Source: Schaalia meyeri
GTDB taxonomy: Bacteria > Actinomycetota > Actinomycetes > Actinomycetales > Actinomycetaceae
Assembly (NCBI RefSeq): GCF_900105015.1
Contig: NZ_FNLK01000015.1
Coordinates: 150,001 to 182,000 of the forward strand
Length of the DNA: 32,000 bases
Direction: 5' to 3'
This document shows positions 14,903-22,458 of the stretch, piece after piece. The first letter of the stretch is position 1. Each line of letters opens with the position of its first letter. A program made the position numbers and the translations under genes. The notes under the pieces were generated by a model that worked only from the letters and a program-made list of their open reading frames with translations, was not told the origin of the DNA and did no database searches.

Positions 14903-16330
14903 GTGCTTGAGCTGCGCGGTGGCGATACCACGTCGATCGAAGCGAAGACCTTTTCGGAATACACGCCGGAGCAGCTGGGGCCGACGTTGGGCTCGTTCGC
15001 GAACAAGCCGGGCGGAGGCGTGATCCTGCTGGGCGTGTCGGAGCGGGATGGGATCAACGTCGTCGGCGTCGATGACGTTGATGGCCTGTTGAAGAGAGCG
15101 GCTAACCAGGCGAGGAATGGTTTCAGCGCGCCGATCAGGGTAGATGTGCGTGCCTTTGATCTGGACGGCAAAGCGATCGGGGTCGTTAACGTTGAGGGCG
15201 CTAATGTGAACGAGAAGCCCGTGCGCTGGTTGAAGGATAAGAAAGCGTATCTACGCCAGTACGACGGGGACTATCAGATGGCGGTATCGGAGGAGCAGAT
15301 GCTCCTGCTGCGCCATCGTCGACCAACTGCAGACGCGGACCCGGTGCGTGGCAGTTCGCCCCGCGATCTCGACCAGACCCTGGTGTCCCAGTACTTGGCA
15401 TCCGCTCGTGAAACTACGTCGCGTCTCGCCGACTATAGCGACGAGGAGGTTCTTTACAACACGGGCGTTGTTGCGGATCGCCAGAGCGGAGAGTTGTCGG
15501 TTGCCGGTCTGTATGCGCTGGGCGAGTATCCGCAGCGTCTTCTCCCGCACCTGACACTCACGGCAGCGGTTGAGGGGAGTGGGGATGTGAGGGCGGTGAA
15601 TCGGCGTGATTTTACGGGCGCGTTGCCGGTCATACTGGACGATGTCTTGGAGTGGGTCAGAGGGAACGTGGAGTCGAGGCAGCTTGTCACTCGTGACGGA
15701 GATGGTCTGACGGAGTATGCGGTGCCGCTGCTGGCCGCCCGCGAGGTCAGCGCGAACGCGCTGGTTCACCGTGATCTTTCCGAGGCGTCGCGGGGAAAAG
15801 GTATTGATCTGAGGATCACCCGAGATGGGTTTCGTTTGACGAATCCCGGTGGCCTGTGGGGAATCACGGTTGACCGACTGGGTTGTGGTGACCACCCCGC
15901 GGTGAATGAACGACTCTACGGGATCTGCAGGAATGTGCATGGTCGCAGCGGGCGGGTGATCGAGGCGATGGGTACCGGGATCAGGGAGGTTCGCCGGTCG
16001 TTGCGCGAGGCTGGGATGGCGGAGCCACGTTTCTACGATAATGGGGTGTCGTTTACGGTCCGTTTCCCGAATTCGGCGCTGATTCCTGACGGTGACCTGG
16101 CGTGGCTCGGCGGGCTTGGACGGGACGTGGCGGTTGAGCTGAATCGGCGCCAGAAGGAGGCGCTGGTCGAGATGCGCCACGGGCGCACGTGGAGCAATGG
16201 AGAATATAGGGAGCACTTTGGTGTGACTGCTGAGGAAGCGCGCTCAGATTTGCGTGATCTCGTGTCGCGAGGCCTGGCAATCTCCACGGGTCAGCGTCGC
16301 TGGGTGCGCTACGAGCTTGCTGGGGAATAG
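14903..16330 (+). CDS. COG2865-type AlbA_2/Schlafen-like ATP-binding putative transcriptional regulator (AlbA_2 + HATPase_c_4 + C-terminal wHTH)
   Basis: TSIEAKTF and SFANKPGGGVILLGVSERDGINVVGVDD match the AlbA_2 (divergent AAA) signature. NALVHRDL..GIDLRITRDGFRLTNPGG and GTGIREVRRSLREAGMAEPRF match the HATPase_c_4 region. The start is uncertain: GTG at 14903, with the frame open from 14852. Confidence 0.8.
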   Translation: MLELRGGDTTSIEAKTFSEYTPEQLGPTLGSFANKPGGGVILLGVSERDGINVVGVDDVDGLLKRAANQARNGFSAPIRVDVRAFDLDGKAIGVVNVEGANVNEKPVRWLKDKKAYLRQYDGDYQMAVSEEQMLLLRHRRPTADADPVRGSSPRDLDQTLVSQYLASARETTSRLADYSDEEVLYNTGVVADRQSGELSVAGLYALGEYPQRLLPHLTLTAAVEGSGDVRAVNRRDFTGALPVILDDVLEWVRGNVESRQLVTRDGDGLTEYAVPLLAAREVSANALVHRDLSEASRGKGIDLRITRDGFRLTNPGGLWGITVDRLGCGDHPAVNERLYGICRNVHGRSGRVIEAMGTGIREVRRSLREAGMAEPRFYDNGVSFTVRFPNSALIPDGDLAWLGGLGRDVAVELNRRQKEALVEMRHGRTWSNGEYREHFGVTAEEARSDLRDLVSRGLAISTGQRRWVRYELAGE

Positions 16331-16406
16331 CTGTTGCGCGGGGTAGTCCGTCTTTTCGGAGAGCCTGGCGGCCGCTGGCGGTTGTGGGTGGCGTGGCTCG
16401 TTGGCT

Positions 16407-17117
16407 TTAGGCGTTGTCTGGCTTTCTCAACACGATTCCCACAATGATGAAGGAATGGTCGTCTTGTTCCGACAAGAAGAGGCCAAGTGTCAAGTTTTCT
16501 TCCTCTTGTGTTCCGTCACTCTCTTTGGAACGTACAGTCGAGTATTCGTGTGGGCTCTCACCTGAACGTGCTGGTAGGCTTATCGCATGCTTCTCTGACA
16601 TTGACAGAAAGATGCAGATGCCGACGGTGTTGTCGGAGCGTTTGTAGCAGGGGTATACCTCATCGGTCGCGAGGTATGTGTATTCAAGTGGTTTGATGAC
16701 TACTTCGTGTTCGTGAAATACTTGCATGTCTTCCGCGAAACGGTCGCAGAAATCGCCGTCTTGGCATAGCTGCATGAGTTCTTCCGTGTCGCCGGTGTTG
16801 AATGCGTATGCCCACAGGTCGAGGAATCGCTGCGCGGTTGCTTCTACGCCTTCCTTTCCGCCCGCGTAGAGGTTGGGTGGGGGAGTGGGCTTGGGGATGC
16901 TGACGGGTGTGGGGGTGGCGGACTGGGGAGCGTTGTCGGATTGGGTATAGGCATCGGACTGGGCCGACTGCGAGGATGCGGCGGCTTCGGCGTTTGCTGG
17001 CGTGTGTCCTGTGAACAGGCGGAATCCGAGGACAGAGCCGACCGCGACGATGGCCGTTGCGACGGTGCCAACGATCCACGGAGTGAGGCTGGTGAGGCGT
17101 GTTTGTTGGGTGGTCAT
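16407..17117 (-). CDS. Membrane-anchored DUF6318-like protein
   Basis: GAGAGGGA SD. N-terminal TM anchor (WIVGTVATAIVAVGSVLGF), a Pro/Thr-rich linker, then GVEATAQRFLDLWAYAFNTGDTEELMQLCQDGDFCDRF, which resembles the DUF6318 core. The 3' end has visibly lower GC. Confidence 0.65.
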   Translation of the reverse strand: MTTQQTRLTSLTPWIVGTVATAIVAVGSVLGFRLFTGHTPANAEAAASSQSAQSDAYTQSDNAPQSATPTPVSIPKPTPPPNLYAGGKEGVEATAQRFLDLWAYAFNTGDTEELMQLCQDGDFCDRFAEDMQVFHEHEVVIKPLEYTYLATDEVYPCYKRSDNTVGICIFLSMSEKHAISLPARSGESPHEYSTVRSKESDGTQEEENLTLGLFLSEQDDHSFIIVGIVLRKPDNA

Positions 17118-17131
17118 CGGCTATCCCTCTC

Positions 17132-18057
17132 TCAGTGGCCTTGTTTTTCTTCTGAGGTGTCGGTGTTGTTGATGATGAGGTGGTCGAGGCGGAAGGGGTC
17201 GGTTGTTTCGGTGGTGGTGACGAGGCCGTTGATGGTTTGGGTTTCTCCGGTGAAGGGGTTGGTGGCCGTGCCGCTCCATGTTGTGGTCAGGGTGATGGTG
17301 CGTGTGGCCCGAGGGTAGGGGCCGTCGAGGAAGGACTTCCACCCGCCCGGTGCGGTGTAGTAGTGGCGTATCAGGGTCGGGTCGGTATTGGGGTCCATGC
17401 CCCTCACCCACGCCGCCCCCGGCGAAGACGTCACCGTGTTGGGTGTGTCGTCTCCCCAGTCCCACGTGTACTCCTGAGCGGTGAGGGTCACGGTGACATC
17501 GCGGCCCAGCAGGGTGACTGTGTGGGTTTGGGTAGGGTGACGAGGGTGGGGATACGCCGGTTCGTGTAGGACACCCCATCGGGACGCTTACGCAAACCCG
17601 CCCCATCAGCGTGGATCGTGGCAGCCGCATAGTAGAGGATCTCCCGTGTCGTAGGCACTGCTCCTGCAGACTCGGGCGTCCCACTCCGAGTGATGTGCGC
17701 GCACGCGAAAGGCGCCGACTCTGTCCCATCGGGCAACGTGACCGTGTGCATCGTCTTCCCATCACACTTGTCATCCGCCGCATACACCTGCGCCTCAGGC
17801 GAAGCGCTGGCATCCGCCGTCGTCCGACTTCTATCGTCTGACGCCGTCTAGCCGCTAGAGGACTCCTGGTTAGCTGCTTCCTGTGCCGCCGCAGAGGCTA
17901 CCGACTTAACCGTGGAGCCGTCACCGTCGACTTGAAAGTGCGGAGAATCCAAAGGAATCCCATCATCGGCGACGGCGCCTGGCGTAGCAAGCCCCACGAG
18001 AAGGCTAACAACCTGCAACGTCGAAACAACTGCGATTGAGGGCTTTATTCTAGGCAT
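17132..18057 (-). pseudogene. Decayed secreted-protein gene: signal peptide, in-frame TAG, frameshift, PKD-like C-terminal part
   Basis: ORF 17848..18057 (signal peptide MPRIKPSIAVVSTLQVVSLLVGLATPGAVA) and ORF 17488..17787 share one frame, separated by a single TAG (17848-17850) with 20 open codons between. ORF 17132..17491 (..TAQEYTWDWGDDTPNT.., PKD-like WDxGDx) continues in another frame that is open back to about 17575. Confidence 0.55.
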
Positions 18058-19081
18058 CGGGCTTCACCGCGGTTCCTTCAGTTACGATCCACCTGTTGTC
18101 CCGCCACGTCATAAGTAATGCGACAACCGTTTGATAGTCCGAACCACTGGTCGTGATCTTCTGCCCCCGGCAGGTCGTGCCGTCAGATGAAGTGGTAAGG
18201 AAAGTGACAGAAATCGTATTGGGCGGCACGTCAGTATCAGTGGCGTCGACAGGGTCGACGCGGAGAATACGATCAATCGTTGAACGGTTATCGTATGTCC
18301 ATCCACTTGAGTATGTGTCTCGTATCTTGGAAGCCAGCTTCTGGTGGAAATCGTCTCCGCTATCTGACATATCCATGAACGGTGTGGTGTTTCCTGTGTT
18401 CCATGCGTAGACCAGGAGGGCGAGGTAGTGTTCGGCTGCGGCTTCTGCTCCTCGTTCGGTGTTTTCTGTGGCGGCCTGGGGGAGTTCGGGCAGGGTGTAG
18501 GTGGAGGCGGCGTGTTCGGCGGGGCGTACCAGGACGCCGTCGGGGCCGATCTGGTAGCCGCCCGGCATCGCCGCCTCACCCGACGCGCTCGGCGTCGGCG
18601 TGGGCGTGGGGGCCCGGCCCGACATGGCGGACCGCGTGGGAATAGCGGTGGGGTTCTCGCCCCAGGCGCGCCACCAGCCCTCGGCGACACCGTTGATGTA
18701 GACGGCGTAGCAGCCCGCGACGATCAACAAGACGACGGCGATGCGGATACCCCAGTCCACCGGATCAGCACGCAGCCAGGCCACGCCCCCACCCGGGCCC
18801 CCACCGCCGAAGGCGGCACCCCCACTCTGACTGCCGCTGTCGAAGGTGGCGTCCCCCTCGCCGGACTGGCTTGTCCCGCTGCTGCGCCCACCGCCGCGCA
18901 CACGCGGGACCCAGGCCCAGTCCGGCCGCCATCTCCTCGGGCCGATGAAACGCCGACCGAAGAGGCCTCGTCGGGGTTGAATGGAGCGCAGGAAGGCCTC
19001 TTCCTCCTCCTGGCTCACGGGTCGCTCGGACAGGGGTGGTATCTCCATGGCGTGTGCCCTCCACACTGAGGTCTCCTCCAA
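18050..19081 (-). CDS. Membrane-anchored DUF6318-like protein (longer paralog)
   Basis: Gly/Ser-rich N-terminal region, a TM helix (IRIAVVLLIVAGCYAVYI), a Pro/Thr linker, then ERGAEAAAEHYLALLVYAWNTGNTTPFMDMSD, parallel to the 16407..17117 product. The likely true start is the GTG at 19066, 6 nt after GGAGGAG; the ORF-track start is the TTG at 19081. The stop overlaps the next ORF's start by 8 nt. Confidence 0.65.
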   Translation of the reverse strand: MEETSVWRAHAMEIPPLSERPVSQEEEEAFLRSIQPRRGLFGRRFIGPRRWRPDWAWVPRVRGGGRSSGTSQSGEGDATFDSGSQSGGAAFGGGGPGGGVAWLRADPVDWGIRIAVVLLIVAGCYAVYINGVAEGWWRAWGENPTAIPTRSAMSGRAPTPTPTPSASGEAAMPGGYQIGPDGVLVRPAEHAASTYTLPELPQAATENTERGAEAAAEHYLALLVYAWNTGNTTPFMDMSDSGDDFHQKLASKIRDTYSSGWTYDNRSTIDRILRVDPVDATDTDVPPNTISVTFLTTSSDGTTCRGQKITTSGSDYQTVVALLMTWRDNRWIVTEGTAVKPDA

Positions 19082-19946
19082 CGCTCCCCCACCACCGGGA
19101 CCGCGCCCTTACACACCACCATACGCCAAGAACCGACACGAAACAATAAGAATACACTGTAACCGTCATGCAACTATTCGCAACACGTCTGCGCGTATGT
19201 GCGTCGAGGTGGAGGTCCTCACCCCGATCGCGGCTGCCTTGTCGCTGAGCAGCGGGTACAAGGAATTTGGTGTGACGCGCGTACGCAGATGTAGATGGGC
19301 CGCCTTACTCTCTGCTTGACAGCCAGGGGCTGTCGATGGTGACAACGACCTATACGAAAGGAAAGACTGTGTTATGCCAGTTAAGCTTGCTGCCTCTTGC
19401 TATAGGGCATCATCGGGTGTTCTCGCGATTATCGCAGTGAGTAGTCCAATGAGCGCAGGAATCGATGCGGTGGTGGTTGCCTCGCCGCTGATGCGCCAGG
19501 AGAGCCGACTTTTTTGCGGCCCGATGATCTGATGTATCGATGAGGCGCGCATTGGTCCAATAATGGTTTTGATTTGGGGTGAGCGATCCACACGGTCGGT
19601 CATCAGCTGCTGATTCATGGTAGTGGCGTCCGAGTATTCTATGTGCAGTGCCATACGTCCTGGGAACGAAGAGGCCTAGTGCCTCGGTCGGCACCCTCCT
19701 CTTGTGGGTGGTAGCGTCGCCGTGACGCGGACGCTGTCACGCTGCAAGTTCACCTCAGAATGAACAAATGAGCGGTGTGCCAGAAGTATGAGCCACGCGA
19801 AGTTTGTCGCGCCTCGACGAACAACCATGCATTATAGTGCTACAGTGGCGGCTTCCTCAAGCAGGATGCGGACCTTGACGCTCACCATCCGGCCGAAGGC
19901 CGCAACCCTAAGATTAATAACGTTTGAGTTTGAGAGGGCTTGAGAC

Positions 19947-21473
19947 ATGGTTCCTAAAGGGCACAAGAATCGCTCCATCAAACGCCTCCATCTCGACCTG
20001 CGAAATCCTCGCCTGGGCCGTCCCGCAGTAAAGAACGAGGCAGAGGCCACGAGTCGGCTACTGAGGGAATTCGGGCCAAAGATCGTTGCCTTGGCGAAAA
20101 GTATCGCCGAACACGGTCTTAATCCCACCGAGTCTTGGGCAATCGTCCAAGAAGAGGGCAAGTACGTTGTCCTCGAAGGCAACCGACGCCTCGTCGCCTG
20201 CCGTCTCCTCGACAACCCCAGCAAGGCCCCCGACCCGCAGACAGTTGCAACCTTCGAGCGCATCAAACGAGGAGTCCGCACCACTAGCTCCTATCTGAAC
20301 CCCAGCTGCGTAGAGTTCGAGCACCGCGCCGACGCCCGCTACTGGATCCACCTCAAGCACCATGGCGCAGGCAGCGGTGAAGGCACCGCCGCTTGGGGCC
20401 CAGAGATGGTCTACCTCGACCAGGTCAACAGCGGCAGCGCTCCTGTGGAGTGGAAGGAGTTCTGGTACTGGCTGGAGGAGACCTACCAGCACGACCGCCC
20501 ACTGGTCGACCTCATCGACCAGGCCCGACGCGAGCAGTACACCCTCATGGACCGCGTCTACACCTGGAAGGTCAAAGAGCTCCTCGGCGCCAGCTTCACC
20601 CAGCCCGGCCAGATCAACGTCAACGTCGACACCGAGAAGATCAAGCCGTTCATCCATGAACTCATCACCGGGATGCTTACACCTCAACCTAAGGATCCCA
20701 AAGCGCCCGGCGCTGCCGACATTCTCGTCATTTCCTCCCGCACTCTCAACAGCAGAGATGTCGCCAAGGAGATAATTGAGAAGGTGTGGACGGAAACCGT
20801 TGGAGAGGCCGACGTCACTCCCGCAATAGACATTGATACAGCCAAACCTTCGGGGGACACGGCAGATGCCGCGCCGACACCAGACTCTTCCACTCCAGAT
20901 AATGATGCTGCGAAAAGGGATCCGGGCGAGGATCCGGATCCTCACCCGAAAAACGACTCCCGATCCCGCCATCCCAAGCCCCGCAAGAGCGAGACCCACC
21001 TCTACAATGGCGTACGGTGCACCCGCATGCCCGACCGACTCCGGAAGCTGATAAAGGAGTGCGGCGAGCTAGAGATCAGTAAGCATCCTGAGATTGCGTC
21101 AGTCACGGCGCGCGTCGTGGTCGAGCTCGCCGCCGATGCACTCATCGACCACCAGAAGCTCAGGCCGAAAGGCAAGCAGCTCACTGACAAACTTGCCGCT
21201 GTCTTGCGTCACCTCGACCCTCTCCTGGACTCCAAGAACCCCACCCGCCTAGAGCTAGCTGGAACCTGGGCGGCAGTACGCACCGACACCGCTGACGGAC
21301 ACTTCGTCCGCGACCTCCACAACTGTGTGCACTCTTACCAGTTCACGGCCGCGACCGAGATAGCCAAACGAGCAAACGCCCTGTTCACGCCCCTGCTCAA
21401 CGCCATCAACACCGACCTCGCCAAGCCGCCCGCTAGTGCGGTGGCCACGAGCAAGAAAAACGGGCAGGCTTGA
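19947..21473 (+). CDS. ParB/Srx-fold N-terminal domain protein with an unassigned C-terminal domain (508 aa)
   Basis: The N-terminus parallels the chromosomal ParB in this same window: LHLDLRNPR vs IVPNTKQPR, LAKSIAEHGLNP vs LAASIREVGVLQP, YVVLEGNRRLVACRLL vs YELIMGERRLRASELA. An acidic/Pro-rich linker and a ~150-aa C-terminal domain of unknown type follow. GAGAGGG SD. Confidence 0.7.
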   Translation: MVPKGHKNRSIKRLHLDLRNPRLGRPAVKNEAEATSRLLREFGPKIVALAKSIAEHGLNPTESWAIVQEEGKYVVLEGNRRLVACRLLDNPSKAPDPQTVATFERIKRGVRTTSSYLNPSCVEFEHRADARYWIHLKHHGAGSGEGTAAWGPEMVYLDQVNSGSAPVEWKEFWYWLEETYQHDRPLVDLIDQARREQYTLMDRVYTWKVKELLGASFTQPGQINVNVDTEKIKPFIHELITGMLTPQPKDPKAPGAADILVISSRTLNSRDVAKEIIEKVWTETVGEADVTPAIDIDTAKPSGDTADAAPTPDSSTPDNDAAKRDPGEDPDPHPKNDSRSRHPKPRKSETHLYNGVRCTRMPDRLRKLIKECGELEISKHPEIASVTARVVVELAADALIDHQKLRPKGKQLTDKLAAVLRHLDPLLDSKNPTRLELAGTWAAVRTDTADGHFVRDLHNCVHSYQFTAATEIAKRANALFTPLLNAINTDLAKPPASAVATSKKNGQA

Positions 21474-21476
21474 TCC

Positions 21477-22364
21477 GTGAGGTATCTGTCCCCCCTGCGC
21501 TACCCTGGTGGCAAAGCCCGCCTGGCCCCCTTCTTCGCCCGCTTGATCCGCGCCCAGATCCCCGCCCCGACCCACTACGCCGAGCCCTACGCAGGAGGTG
21601 CCGGCGCCGCCCTACGACTCTTGACCGACGGCGCCGTTGACCACATCCACATCAACGATATCAATGTTGGCGTTGCCGCGTTCTGGCGCACCATCACCGC
21701 CCCCGACGGCGCCAACGCGTTCTGTCAGCTCATCAACAACACCCTCGTCACCGTTGAGCAGTGGAACCACCAGAGAGCCATCTACCAGGCCGGTAAGGGA
21801 GACGACCTCGCCCTCGGCTTCGCCACTTTTTACCTCAACCGCACCAACCGCTCCGGCATCCTCGACGCGGGCCCCATCGGCGGGTTCGAACAGGTCGGCA
21901 AATGGAAGATTGATGCCCGCTACAACAAGTCGGCGCTTATCGAGAGGGTCAAACACGTTGCCGCCCTGGGCGACCGCATCCACGTCACCCAGCTCGACGG
22001 CCTCGACTTCCTCACCACAATGGAAGCCCACGCCACGGACGTCCTCGTCTATGCGGACCCGCCCTACGTCGAGCAAGGAGGAAGGCTCTATCTCCACGCC
22101 TTCAATGGCGACGACCATAAGGCTCTAGCCGAAAAACTACAGGCTGCGAAGTACCCATGGTTGTTGACCTACGACGATCAAAGGATTGTCTGGGACAACC
22201 TCTACGATGCCGCCCGCTGCGCCCGCTTTGATATTGCGCATACAGCTGCTATCCAGCATGTCGGCAAGGAGACCATTGTCTATGGCCCAACCCTCACAGT
22301 TCCCACAGATGTAGAGATTACCCCTGGAGTCAGTCCAACTTGGATTGAGAGGTCGCGCCACTAG
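21477..22364 (+). CDS. Dam-family (D12 class) N6-adenine DNA methyltransferase
   Basis: The GTG lies 3 nt after the upstream stop. N-terminal LRYPGGKARL, SAM-binding motif EPYAGGAGAA, catalytic motif VYADPPYV. Confidence 0.85.
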   Translation: MRYLSPLRYPGGKARLAPFFARLIRAQIPAPTHYAEPYAGGAGAALRLLTDGAVDHIHINDINVGVAAFWRTITAPDGANAFCQLINNTLVTVEQWNHQRAIYQAGKGDDLALGFATFYLNRTNRSGILDAGPIGGFEQVGKWKIDARYNKSALIERVKHVAALGDRIHVTQLDGLDFLTTMEAHATDVLVYADPPYVEQGGRLYLHAFNGDDHKALAEKLQAAKYPWLLTYDDQRIVWDNLYDAARCARFDIAHTAAIQHVGKETIVYGPTLTVPTDVEITPGVSPTWIERSRH

Positions 22365-22403
22365 GAGGAGACATGGGCACCACAGCCAGCCGGATTCGCT
22401 GGT

Positions 22404-22441
22404 CCCCGGGTGCTTGTGATCCGCGTGGTCGGCACCCGGGG
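22404..22441. terminator. Hairpin between convergent genes (candidate bidirectional terminator)
   Basis: CCCCGGGTGC (22404-22413) and GCACCCGGGG (22432-22441) form a perfect 10-bp stem with an 18-nt loop, between the methyltransferase stop (22364) and the hsdR stop (22459). There is no clear U-tract. Confidence 0.35.
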
Positions 22442-22458
22442 TGCGGCGCGCAGGAACT

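Noticed and set aside
17121-17813. 230-aa minus-strand ORF overlapping the decayed secreted-protein gene.
   Set aside because: It is in a third frame, Arg/Pro/His-rich and without motifs. The other two frames carry the signal-peptide and PKD-like sequences.
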